From Octopus vulgaris (lineage: Eukaryota): 64,000 nucleotides of DNA. The stretch covers positions 9,672,001-9,736,000 of the forward strand of contig OX597835.1 in NCBI GenBank assembly GCA_951406725.2. Direction: 5' to 3'. Both the position numbers and the translations under genes were made by a program. Below, in pieces: positions 1 to 12,800 of the stretch. The notes under the pieces are model-generated. The model saw nothing but the letters and a program-made list of their open reading frames with translations, ran no database searches and was not told the DNA's origin. Every line of letters begins with the position of its first letter. Position 1 is the first letter of the stretch.

Positions 1-249
1 TAATTTATTCTTCTTAGTCATCTTCTTTTGCTGTGCATCAACCCCTTGAATGGTATTTACTCTCCTATGTTTGGCAGCCGACTGGTCTACTTCAGAGGCT
101 AAGGTTTAAGGACTTCCTATCAGCACCTTCTTCACAACACGGTCCTTGTATTGTTTTGTATCTTTTATTCCACCCGACCAGGCACCAGCAAATACTACAT
201 CTGCATTGGTCACTGCCAGTATTGGATCACGAAGATGAAAACTAAACAG

Positions 250-400
250 GGCTCGACATAGCTATCGATAATCCTGACAGTCCCCTTTGAGTTCTCTCTT
301 CCAAAATACTGCGAAACAAATTATCGGAAATCTCTCGTACTTAAAACTTCAGTTCGCACTTTCGTCCCTCCTTGTTTTAAATGCGACTTTCCAATAAAGG
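250..400 (-). mobile_element. Possible decayed LINE (L1/Tx1-type) ORF1 zinc-knuckle remnant
   Basis: Minus-strand translation FKYERFPIICFAVFWKRELKGDCQDYR keeps the YExxPxxC...C spacing of a CCHC knuckle, but the inner Cys and His are lost and the frame has many stops. Confidence 0.25.
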
Positions 401-1084
401 ATAGTTGCCTTAAAATATTTGCAAGAGCTGTCTCTAAATCTTAACTTCCATTAAGCAAAATTCTCTTCTGTCCATGGCACGACATAGACAACTGATCTTT
501 CCTTCTATTGCGCGCTTCTTTCTCGGATTGTCGAAGTTTTATGTTGGCCCTGTGTACAAAATACTGTCAAGCTTCAAGACTGTCAGCAAAATGTTCCATA
601 TCAGGTTGTTACTGTTTTTTAAATGCAGAATAGTCTTTTTATTTTTTTCATGTATAAGGTCAATGGAATACCTGAATGCTTTCTGCTGTTGTTATCCCCT
701 CAAAAATGATATAGTACGTTTTTTTATTTTTCTGAGCTGTTCTTTTATTTCATTTTCCACTATTTTCCTTTGGCTTGTGGGGTTATTTTATTCCTTATTG
801 TAATCTTTCTGAGAGAGAAACAGAAGAAGCCATGTTTACCTTACCATTAAATGACAGAATAAAAATGAGGATACTTTTTGTATTGTTTTTTTTTTTTTAG
901 ATATGAGCAGGCCTACTACAGCATTCAATAACAGATCCCTGAATGAAATAAAACCCCAAATAAAAATTCTTTCTGTCAGCTAAATGTTCTAAATCATCGA
1001 GTAAACAAGAAACCAGATTTTTTATTTCCCTTCTGAAGAGATGTCAGCAGTAAATATTACTACTATTACTACTACTACTACTAC

Positions 1085-1157
1085 TAATAATAATAATAAT
1101 AATAATAATAACAATAATAACAACAACAACAACAATAATAATAAAATAATAATAGTA

Positions 1158-1214
<57 letters not shown>
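1085..1214 (+). repeat. (TAA)n/(CAA)n microsatellite, 5' flank of Dong-like insertion
   Basis: Direct reading. Confidence 0.95.
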
Positions 1215-2127
<913 letters not shown>

Positions 2128-2299
2128 TTTATGGATGATATATTTCAACTTTATTGTCACAGTCTTTTACATTATCTGCGATTTTGCAGTCTATCCGTTG
2201 TTTATTTTGGTTATTGCTGTTAAATTCTGTGTAGTTTTGGTTTGTTTATTCTCTACCAGCAGACATTGTTTGTGTGTTCAACTTCCGGTTGCTCTATTT

Positions 2300-2490
2300 A
2301 TGTATGTAGTCCTACATGTTGTAAGATGTTGCATACGATATGATATTTTCACTGTTTGTTGAATAAACTGTAGTATCTATGTGTTATAGGAAAACATCCA
2401 TTTAATGCTGCAATGAATTGCTTACCAATCTTCGACGATATTAGAAGTCCAAAAATTGGATTATACCATGAGACTTCCGTTTTGTTTGGT
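2300..2490 (-). mobile_element. Penelope-like element ORF relic (region between RT and GIY-YIG)
   Basis: Minus-strand translation EVSWYNPIFGLLISSKIGKQFIAALNGCFPITHRYYSLFNK/TVKISY matches the WFNPPF...NIGKxF...HFP..H...IFNR.TVKxSY pattern of PLE ORFs. One frameshift. Confidence 0.75.
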
Positions 2491-2649
2491 TTCTTCCATA
2501 TTTTTTGTGCGTAGCGATTATGTGTGTCAGTATTCCGATTTTTTTCTTTCCTTTTGTGTTATATCCATGTTCCTCCTGTCTTTCCATTGTTCCTCAAGTT
2601 TTCCCTCTTTTCTTATAATTCGTTTGTTCATGTCATTCGAAATAACTGT

Positions 2650-2898
2650 GTATTCTACCTTATTTGTGTTTGTGTCGAAACATTTCTAGTGATTAAAAAA
2701 CTGCCTAACCGTACACACTCTTCCTTTTCACTCTCTTACTTTCTACTTTTTACTTCTTTCTTTCTATTTTCACACACCAGGAATACCTAAGACTACAATT
2801 GGTTGCATACCATAAGAATACTACCGGATATTTGGGAATTCTAAGGGTAAACGAGCTCTATTTGTACTATTATACGTTCTTAACAGAACACACATCAA
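2650..2898 (+). repeat. ~250 bp repeat (candidate PLE pseudo-LTR), left arm of inverted pair
   Basis: Reverse complement of 3719-3970. Ends at a (TA)n array and abuts the PLE ORF relic region. Confidence 0.8.
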
Positions 2899-2910
2899 TA
2901 TATATATTCA

Positions 2911-2970
<60 letters not shown>

Positions 2971-2994
2971 GTATATTCATGATATATATATGTG

Positions 2995-3058
<64 letters not shown>

Positions 3059-3286
3059 AAATGAGAAAATGGAGAAATATATCTAAATCAATCATCAACT
3101 ATCAGATAATACCGAATCATATACTTTATTAAAACACTACACAATAGCAATGAGCTTAGACATTAATACAGTACAATAATTACAATCAATATGGTGAGAT
3201 ATAACTAAATAAATATAACAAGATATAAAAGTACATATATCAAACACAAATAAAGTAGAATACATGTATATATATATATATATATA

Positions 3287-3697
3287 TTACTCTTTTACTC
3301 TTTTACGTGTTTCAGTCGTTTGACTGCGGCCATGCTGGAGCACCGCCTTTAATCGAGCAACTCGACCCCGGAACTTATTCTTTTTGTAAGCCCAGTACTT
3401 ATTCTATCGGTCTCTTTTGCCGAACCGCTAAGTAACGGGGACATAAACACACCAGCATCGGTTGTCAAGCAATGCTAGGGGGACAAACACAGACACACAA
3501 ACAAACACACATGCATATATATATACATATATACGACAGGCTTCTTTCAGTTTCTGTCTACCAAATCCACTCACAAGGCATTGGTCGGCCCGGGGCTATA
3601 GCAGAAGACACTTGCCCAAGATGCCACGCAGTGGGACTGAACCCGGTACCATGTGGTTGGTTAGCAAGCTACTTACCACACAGCCACTCCTGCGCCT
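3287..3697 (-). mobile_element. SINE family A (tRNA-like head, CORE-like TTGGGCAAGTG motif, internal TA/TG microsatellite, (TAAAAGAG)n tail)
   Basis: Near-identical to copies at 6246, 9851, 28777 and 32988. A-box-like TGGCTGTGTGG and B-box-like GGTTCAGTCCC. Confidence 0.92.
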
Positions 3698-3718
3698 ATA
3701 TATATATATATATATATA

Positions 3719-3970
3719 GTTGAGGTGTGTTCTGTTAAGAACGTATAATAGTACAAATAGGGCTCGTTCACTCTTAGAATTCCCAAATAGCCGGTAGTAT
3801 TCTTATGGTATGCTACCAATTGTAGTCTTAGGTATTCCTGGTGTGTGAAAATACAAAAGAAAGAAGTAAAAAGTAGAAAGTAAAAGAGTCAAAAGGAAGA
3901 GTATGTACGGTTAGGCAGCTTTTTAATCACTAGAAATGTTTCGACACAATCACAAATAAAGTAGAATACA
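3719..3970 (-). repeat. ~250 bp repeat (candidate PLE pseudo-LTR), right arm of inverted pair
   Basis: Reverse complement of 2650-2898, with (TA)n on both sides. Confidence 0.8.
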
Positions 3971-4031
<61 letters not shown>

Positions 4032-4335
4032 GAATGAATTTAATAGATGTGTTGATATAGAGAAATGAAGTTGCACTGATAGAGAGAGGGGGAGAGATTG
4101 AATGGTAGTTGATTCAAGTAGAATGTGGGGAAACCTGTGCCTAGAGTGACAGAGAGATTTGCAGTTGTTGAAAGCAGCTCTTTTTTTATATAAGTGTTAC
4201 CAGCCTTAAAGCATGTCACAACTGCTTTTACTGGTCACAAACTATCGAGTGGTGTTTGTTTTATTTCCACCGATTAGCTTTAGTTTTCAGGAATATCATC
4301 TATAATGCTTATTTTTCAATTACAGTATCATAGAA

Positions 4336-4372
<37 letters not shown>

Positions 4373-5540
4373 AGGTGATGACGATCATGAAACCGTTGAA
4401 GCGAATTTTGCGTGTTTTCATAGCATTTTGATAGTTTTCTTTTCACTTATAAACCCACTGATTATGGTTTTGTGTTGGTGAATCGACGTTAAGCTGTCAC
4501 ATTCCTAGAGGAGAATGTCTTCCTGTTATTTGTTCTTTGAGAGGAGAACAATGAGATGCTGCTCGGCTGAGGTTTGGTTGCGAGTTGCTAAGGTTTCGTT
4601 CTTGGTAAAAAGTTAAAGACGGTAACATTTCCTGGGGTACGAGTGACTGCGTGACTTCAGAAATGGACGATGTACACGTGATGAACCAAATCTCTTACGT
4701 CAGCATATACACATCCTGATTCGTTGAGGGCCGAGTCCCCGATGGACCACTTGAGCAGCACAATAACGATGCAAAACACCAAGCTATAAGCTTAGTATTT
4801 CTGAAGCGAAATCTCTCCAGGTTATCACATTCTACAGGGATACTTCGCACAGTTAGAAGCATCCGAAAATCTAATTACATATACGTCTGCAATATATTTT
4901 TCACCTCAGATTTATTCTTACATCCGTAAATCCTTGGATTTAAAGGTGGTTTTTACTCTTGCATTTGGTTTATTTCCCTCTATTAGGCAACACACTCATC
5001 TTAGTACAGTGCCTAATGATTAATCAACGTCATGAGTAATTATTGTATTAGTTTGTAATTGATTTTCCCAATACGATATTAATTTAGCTGTCCGTTCTGG
5101 AACGGTTATCATATATATTGAATTACGTCTGCGTTGTTGTTATTTTGTACATGAGGGGCGTATTACTTCTGACAGAGATATCCAGCCGTTTCCTAATAAT
5201 TAAACATAGATAGTTTTCCGAGTGTTTCCACAACAGAATATCATTGTTAATATCTACACGGAAGCTGTATAGATTGTTACAACTGCAGCATAAAACAAAC
5301 ATGTACGTGTCACGCAAAAGGCCTAATTAAGTATCTATGAATCATCATATCAGTAACTTCCTTCACACAATACATAAACCATACACAGAATAAAAGGGTT
5401 TGAAGAAATAAATTAAAAATCGAACTTTTGGTATATAAATATCAGTGAATGAAACGTCTGCAAACCACTTTCAACAAATAGAGTATAGAGACAGAAAATT
5501 GAATATACAAAGAATAGCATGCATATTACACACGCACACA

Positions 5541-5581
<41 letters not shown>

Positions 5582-5732
5582 TCACACATACACAATGCGC
5601 AAGCATATGTACATAGAATTCATATGCATTTATACATCCTTACATTTACATTTATATATGTGTGTGTGTGTGTGATGTGTGGGTGTTGACGAGTTTGTTT
5701 GCAGATATATATACACATGTATATAAATATAG

Positions 5733-5846
5733 ATGTTCTCGATCTAGTTTGAATTCTTTGCCATCAAATTGGAATTCTTTGCCCTCAACTTTGAATTCCT
5801 TGCAATCAAATTTGATGGCAAAGAATCCAAACGAGATCGAAAACAT
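5733..5846. mobile_element. Small MITE-like element with 37 bp inverted termini and internal 21 bp repeats
   Basis: ATGTTCTCGATCTAGTTTGAATTCTTTGCCATCAAAT (5733-5769) versus ATTTGATGGCAAAGAATCCAAACGAGATCGAAAACAT (5810-5846). TA-rich flanks. Confidence 0.7.
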
Positions 5847-5864
5847 ATATACTTCAATTATGGT

Positions 5865-6020
5865 AACTGGGGGGCAATGCACATATCTATCTACCTCCAG
5901 TGCTTGTCTGGTACCAGTTTTATTGATCACGAAAGGATGAAAGGCAAAGTTGACCTCGACGGAATCTGAATACAAAACTTAAAGACGGACAAAATACCGC
6001 AGAGCATTCTGCCAGCGCGC
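5865..6020 (-). mobile_element. Decayed SINE family D (Nin-domain-like) fragment
   Basis: GAAAGGATGAAAGGCAAAGTTGACCTCGACGGAAT is the reverse complement of the family D core seen at 19261. Confidence 0.75.
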
Positions 6021-6245
6021 AGCCTTATCAAGAATACTAGTAATAAACCATGAAACATCATCAATAATTAGATATCCAGATGTGCCCATCTCACACGAAT
6101 ATTTATCTACATCGCCTTTACTCTTTGTAATCACTCCCAATCAAGGATGACTAAACTGAGAGCAAGACAGGAGCTCATCCTCATGCATGTATGTGTATTT
6201 CCGTATCTGTATGCAGGCATGTGTGTGCGTGTATTTCTGTATGTA

Positions 6246-6449
6246 TACTCTTTTACTCTTTTACTTGTTTCAGTCATTTGACTGCGGCCGTGCTGGAGCA
6301 CCGCCTTTAATCGAGCAACTCGAACCCGGGACTTATTCTTTTGTAAGCCCAGTACTTATTCTATCGGTCTTTTTTGCCGAACCGCTAAGTGACAGGGACA
6401 TGAACACACCAGCATCGGTTGTCAAGCAATGCTAGGGGGACAAACACAG

Positions 6450-6490
<41 letters not shown>

Positions 6491-6663
6491 CATATATACG
6501 ACGGGCTTCTTTCAGTTTCCGTGTACCAAATCCACTCACAAGGCTTTGGTCGGCCCGAGGCTATAGTAGAAGACACTTGCCCAATGTGCCACGCAGGTGG
6601 ACTGAACCCGGAACCATGTGGTTCGTAAGCAAGCTACTTACCACACAGCCACTCCTGCGCCTT
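6246..6663 (-). mobile_element. SINE family A, full length
   Basis: Colinear with the other family A copies. Confidence 0.92.
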
Positions 6664-7017
6664 GTCACAAAACCACTGTTTTAGCACCCAATCACCGATG
6701 TAGGCACCAAATTCCCTACAAACTGACATCAGTTGCATGCTACAGAAAATTAAATGAAAGAAAAACAAATGCGTAATTAAAGCTAGAGAGAAAAAGAGAT
6801 GTCTTCCAGGCAAAAGTAGGACGCACCACATTATAATCATCAATCGAAGAAGAACTGATCAAAGCGCTGTTGAATATGAAAACGTTGAAACATAAGACCC
6901 ATAAAAAGTGAACGTACAAGCAGTGAAAAGAACAACGCAAAAACAACCAAAATTCCGAGATAAGTACAGATATCGCATCGTCAGCTGTTGTCTTTGAAAC
7001 TTTTATCGTTTCGAAAC

Positions 7018-7018
<1 letters not shown>

Positions 7019-7069
<51 letters not shown>

Positions 7070-7166
7070 CATACATACATACATACATACATACATACAT
7101 ACATACATACATACATACATACATACATGCATACATGCATACATATATAAATACATACATACATAC
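7019..7166 (+). repeat. Compound (TAGA)n(TACA)n microsatellite
   Basis: Direct reading. Confidence 0.95.
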
Positions 7167-7171
7167 GTACG

Positions 7172-7995
7172 TACCTGATGCACAAAAGGGATAGAGATGC
7201 AGGAAAAACTGTAGAATGTGACAACCGATGCAGACTTCGTGGAGTTAGCATCGAATGTATCACCGACATCATAAGCAGCTTTCTGAAAATATCATCACGG
7301 TATTATCTACCGATGAGATATGATGTTTGAGCTAGGACACTCTATAACGAAATCAGTTGGATGGATAATCCCGAGGACAAAGAAACAAAAACCCACAGTA
7401 TGGTAGAAGCCATAGCCGCTCATGATAAAAAGGAGTGCTGATAGAATGTCCCAGTGAAGACCTCAATAAAATGTAAGCACAACAGACCTGACATAGTGAT
7501 TTGGGATCGAGAATAGAAACTGTGCATAATTGTGGAAATTAGCAGCTCAGCGGATGTTAACATAAAGCTGAAGATCAGTGAAAAAGAGAACACCTATGCT
7601 GAACTATTGAGAAATCTACAGTTACTCTATCCAGATCACAAGTTCAGGTATATAATACACTGCCTAAATACCAATCTTGAGAAATTAGGCTTCACAAAAC
7701 CAGATAGGAGAAAGCTAGTTCGAAGTCTACAAATCCAATCCATCACTGGAACTATAAAACTCTGTAAAACTTTCCAAAAGTTTATCATTTAAATATATAT
7801 GAGCCTGTCTAGATATGCAATTATATGCATCAGAATACATACAAATCTGCACATATACATACATACCTACATACATACATACAAAAATACCTTGTTGTTA
7901 ATGTTGAAATTCCAATGAGGGAGCCTTGAATCTCGATTAGGACCCGGCTCAATCTGTATTGGCAAGAAATCTTGAAATAAAACTGAGGACTGATA
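7172..7995 (+). mobile_element. 5'-truncated RLE-type non-LTR retrotransposon (R4/Dong-like): decayed CCHC, PD-(D/E)xK endonuclease and 3' UTR, beside (TACA)n
   Basis: One frame with several stops: DNRCRLRGVSIECITDIISSF...RYYLPMRYDV*...CKHNRPDIVIWDRE*KLCIIVEIS...EKENTYAEL...QIQSITGTIKLCKTFQKFII* (stop at 7792). Confidence 0.85.
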
Positions 7996-8177
7996 TACAT
8001 ATGTATATATCTGTATTCAGTTATTAACAGTTATGCATACAACTTCATACACTTATACGCCTATACACGGGTATATGCGCAATATATCCATATGTAAATA
8101 GCCACGCCTTCCCAAGAGCTAATAATTATACTCCACAACAAAAACTTGTATATAACTTCACTCACTCCAATACGCAC

Positions 8178-8568
8178 TGGAAGCACTCCGTAGGTTACGA
8201 CGATGAGGGTTCCGGTTGATCCGAATCAAAATCAACGGAACAGCCTGCTCGTGAAATTAACGTGTAAGTGGTTGAGCACTCCACAGACACGTGCACCCTT
8301 AACGTAGTTCTCGGGGAGATTCAGCGTGACACAGAGAGTGACAAGGCCGGCCCTTTGAAATACAGGTACAACAGAAACAGGAAGTAAGAGTGAGAGAAAG
8401 TTGTGGTGAAAGAGTACAGCAGGGATCACCACCATCCCCTGCCGGAGCCTCGTGGAGCTTTAGGTGTTTTCGCTCAATAAACACTCACAACGCCCGGTCT
8501 GGGAATCGAAACCGCGATCCTATGACCGCGAGTCCGCTGCCCTAACCACTGGGCCATTGCGCCTCCAC
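8178..8568 (-). mobile_element. SINE family B (tRNA-derived, possibly octopus OR-type), full length, 13 bp TSD
   Basis: A-box TGGCCCAGTGG and B-box-like GTTTCGATTCC. TSD CTCACTCCAATAC at 8161-8173 and 8570-8582. Confidence 0.95.
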
Positions 8569-9236
8569 GCTCACTCCAATACACTTAGAAACTAAGCACC
8601 ATCTATTCAGTGCTTCTGGCTCTGCAAAGGTCTTCATGGTTTATATACTTATCGCCGTGTAACTAACATCAGCTTTCCTTGTCTCTATCAATATCTCCAA
8701 CATTATGGTCGCTGCTAGTGTTGCTCCAGCGTGGCCATAGTCATATAGTTTGAACCAATTAAAGAGGAAACAATTTTACTCGTATCTCACTTCAACCATT
8801 TTCAACATTTAATTACATTAATACGTCCAATCAACCAGGTTACCTACTAACAAGACATACTTTGAAAATATAAACACCGCAACAGAAATACTGTTCTACA
8901 GCCATTCAAGTCACGAATTTAGTAATAAAGTTGTCTGTTGTTGTGTTGCTTCCGTTGTATTCCGACATATATTACATTAAACTAAAGCAATTTTTCTTTT
9001 CCAATCAAGATTTTGTAGTTTGAAGTTTCATGAGTTTCTTCTTCTTTTGACAATTTAATATATATATATAAAAAAAGAAATTGATTTACTTCGCTCTGTT
9101 TGTGAATAAAAGGTTAACGTGTCATAACTATGTATGTGTTGGAGGAGGCATCGTCACACTTTCTTTTCAAATGTTCTTTACATTTGTATATCGGTATATC
9201 GATTATAAACGAAAGAGAAAGAAGAACGAGCTGGGG

Positions 9237-9267
<31 letters not shown>

Positions 9268-9850
9268 CACAATGATTGAAAACAGAGGAAGTGTTTACAC
9301 CACACAAACACTATTTAATATTTACAGACAATAAATTTTCCTTTTTCTTGCATTACTCAAAGTCTCGTTTATTGTTTGAACAACGTAAACAAAACGGATG
9401 CAGATAAATAAGTAAAAAATACATTTCCCCGAAGAAAGATGTTTTTTTTTTGCTTTGTACTTTATTTTCAATTGGGATTTTCATATTAATCATATGTTTA
9501 AATAATGTATGTGTTTACATTAATGCCTTTCTATTCAAAATCTCTGAATACATCAGAAAAAGCAACTGACGTCCTCTGTTTTAATATATTTATATTATCT
9601 CATTTTGTTTTTATAGTGGCAGGTAACTTTAGACAAACGAATGAAGTTTGAGTTTCTAGCAGCCAGGTCTTTTATTGATTGAAACACAATACTAGTTTCT
9701 CCTTTTAACTGAACTATGTTTGATACATACACTTTCGTGTCTGCCGGAGCTGTTTCTAAGCAATGTTTTTTTAAATGTTTCCGGTCCTCCGCTTTTTCGT
9801 TCTCAATGGAACGCTGATGCATATTCATTTCTTGTTCTTTATAATTTTAT

Positions 9851-10268
9851 AGGCGCAGGAGTGGCTGTGTGGTAAGTAGCTTCCTAACCAACCACATGGT
9901 TCCGGGTTCAGTCCCACTGCGTGGCACCTTGGGCAAGTGTCTTCTACTATAGCCTCGGGCCGACCAAAGCCTTGTGAGTGGATTTGGTAGACGGAAACTG
10001 AAAGAAGCCCGTCGTATATATGTATATATATATGTATGTATGTGTATATGTGTGTGTTTGTGCGTCTGTCCCCCTAGCATTGCTTGACAACCGATGCTGG
10101 TGTATTTATGTCCCCGTCACTTAGCGGTTCGGCAAAAGAGACCGATAGAATAAGTACTGGGCTTACAAAGAATAAGTCCCGGGGTCGAGTTGCTCGATTA
10201 AAGGCGGTGCTCCAGCATGGCCGCAGTCAAATGACTGAAACAAGTAAAAGAGTAAAAGAGTAAAAAGA
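9851..10268 (+). mobile_element. SINE family A, full length
   Basis: AGGCGCAGGAGTGGCTGTGTGG...CACCTTGGGCAAGTGTC...(TA)(TG)...CAAGTAAAAGAGTAAAAGAG. Confidence 0.93.
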
Positions 10269-10893
10269 GAGATAAGAGTTCTGAAATTAATATTTCTGCA
10301 TTTACTCTCTTTTGTGTGCGATACATTTTTTTCTTTTTTCTTTTTTTTTTCTACTAGAACGGAAATTTTAATAATCAGTATGGATGCAAGAAATTATGTA
10401 GAGAGAGTGCTAAATCTCCTATCACAGATCGATTCTCGGTTAAACCACACCAGTTTAGAAGCATCCATAATTGATTTTTCTAATCATCGTTAATATCGTA
10501 CGGAAGCCTTCCAAACACTGCCCAGACAAAAACCTGAAAAGACGAAGCACAGATTTGGAAAGATTTATCGAATGCTCTATTCCTATAGAGTTAGTTTATG
10601 TTTCATTACAATTTATTGCTTCCAGCTTGCCTCATGGTGAATTTTAACGACGAGAATAATCGTAATAAGCAGTCCTTCATAAGTAAAGAAAAAAGTGGGA
10701 TGCCTTTTTTTTTTATTTCTACCGCCTTTAAAAGCGGTAGAAAGAAAAATGTGCAATGCGAACCAAAAAAGTGTGCGATGAGTGAGCAACCGAACGAGAA
10801 TGCTACTCTATGGAGCGGTGAGAAGGAAGAACGGCTGGATGTTTGGATACAAGCACGAGAGTGTATTCGAAGCGAGCATAAGTGAAAGTGGTG

Positions 10894-10948
<55 letters not shown>

Positions 10949-11040
10949 GGCGGGTATAAATTTATATACATATATTTATGTGTATACATACATACACATA
11001 GAGGTGGAATATCTCGAAGCATACACATCATGCTATAAAT

Positions 11041-11335
11041 TGTTTTGTTGTTTGTTCCTTCTCGAGCCATGCTTGGCTCCTAAGGGCCGATTTCCGGTTT
11101 CCTTGGCGTATAGGTTCCCCACCTGGACGGGACGCCGGTCCGTCGCAGGTGAGCTGCAAGATGCAGGAGGAAAGAGTGAGAGAAAGTTGTGGCCAAAGAG
11201 TCAGCAGAAGTTTCGCCATTACCTTCTGCCAGAGCCGCGTAAAGCTTAGGTGTTTCGCTCATAAACACACACATCACCCGGTCTGAGATTCGAACCCGCG
11301 ATCCCTCGATCGCACGTCCGCTGTTCTAACCGCTA
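11041..11335 (-). mobile_element. SINE family C (5' part shared with family B, Meta-domain-like 3' part)
   Basis: Homologous to 24860-25563. Contains CTGCGACGGACCGGCGTCCCGTCCAGG...GGAAACCGG and an AAC-rich tail. Confidence 0.88.
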
Positions 11336-11544
11336 TAAATAGTAGCATGCAATTATTGGGCTGAAAACATTTTAGGATAGTAAAATTGGAAAACGCCAAT
11401 CATTTACAGATTTGTGTCTGCTTTGAGGCTTTCCCGAAATGAATTATTTCAGCTACTCTCAAAAGTTCATAAATTCTTATGTCGATATGATGTATGTATG
11501 TGTGTATTTAATATATGTATGTATGTGTGTGTATGTATGTCGCT

Positions 11545-11943
11545 TATTCTTTTACATGTTTCCGTGATTAGATTGCGGTCATGCTGCGGCATCACCTTGA
11601 AGAACTTTTAATCGACTGAATCGACCCCAGGACCTTTTTAAGCCTGGTATTCATTTTATCGGGTACTTTTTTTTCCGAATAGCTATGTTACGTGGATAGA
11701 AGCAAACCAGCACCGGCTGCCAAGCGGTGCTGGGAGACAAACACAGACAGAAACACACACACTCGCACACACATGTACACACACATACACACACATACAT
11801 ATACACGCCGGACTTCTTTCTGTTTCCGTATAGCAAATTCACTCACAAGGCTTTGGTCGACCCGAGACTATAGTAACAGACACTTGCCCAAGGAGCCATG
11901 CAGTGAGACTGAGCCCTCAGTAAACACACAACCACGCCTGCGC
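11545..11943 (-). mobile_element. SINE family A, older diverged copy
   Basis: Retains CACTTGCCCAAGG, CACTCACAAGGCTTTGGTCG and the internal CA microsatellite. Confidence 0.8.
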
Positions 11944-12479
11944 ATATTTGTATGTTTGTATGTTTGTATGTGCGTTTGTGCGTATGTATTCTAAACGGTT
12001 CCTCCTTGCATATATTTACGAAGTATTTTGCTCAGACTTCATATGCCAAGCATTCTCTATCCGGCTTTGGTAAGTTGATAAAATAATACCGGTTATATAC
12101 TGTGGTCTGTTCATTTCCCTGTAGATTTTCTTGTGAGATATATCACTTTGTTGCAATGACTGACTGTGTAACTGCGTGATTTTAAGTGTGTAAACATATA
12201 TACATTTTTATTTTCTTTATTTTTGTGTCTCTTCTTTTGTTATAATCCCAATTCAACGAATTATTAAACAGATTTCTATCTCGTTCTGCAATATTTATAG
12301 GAATCGCATGCCTGGGTTAATCTCCAAGAGAATTAGATCATATTGATAGTATACTAGCATTGTCTGAGCAAATATCTAATATACAGGAATGGACTTAGAC
12401 GAACAATTCAATATAATTCCATTCTAGTTAATCACATCAATATGCCGGTATGGATTGGTATATCATCACCAGCATTTTA

Positions 12480-12800
12480 TGACCAAAAGCTTCTGTAATT
12501 CTTAAAGCTATCAGCATTAAACTCTTTTAAAATATTGATTTAGCAAACTCTACAGCAACATGGAGAATTACATTCGAACATTCCGAATCACTAGGATTTG
12601 CAGAATAATCATAAAATTTATGAGTAAATACAAATATTTGGGAAATATTATATTATCATAGAGTTAAAGTAGAGAGGTGGGGATGAGGAATTAGTTGTAA
12701 AGAGGCAAAGACGATAATTATTCGGGGTTCCATTTGAAATGTTTTACGTTTCGTCCAACATAAATACCAATATTATATTTGTAAACCAGTTGATGCAGAA
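12480..12800 (-). mobile_element. Possible decayed GIY-YIG endonuclease of a Penelope-like element
   Basis: Minus-strand LVYKYNIGIYVGRNVKHF resembles VYKx...YVGxTxRH. Surrounding frame is broken. Confidence 0.3.

Noticed and set aside
8232-8484. Recurrent ORFs MVVIPAVLFHHNF... and MFIERKHLKLHEA... at several loci
   Set aside because: Incidental frames inside non-coding SINE B copies, broken by indels between copies.
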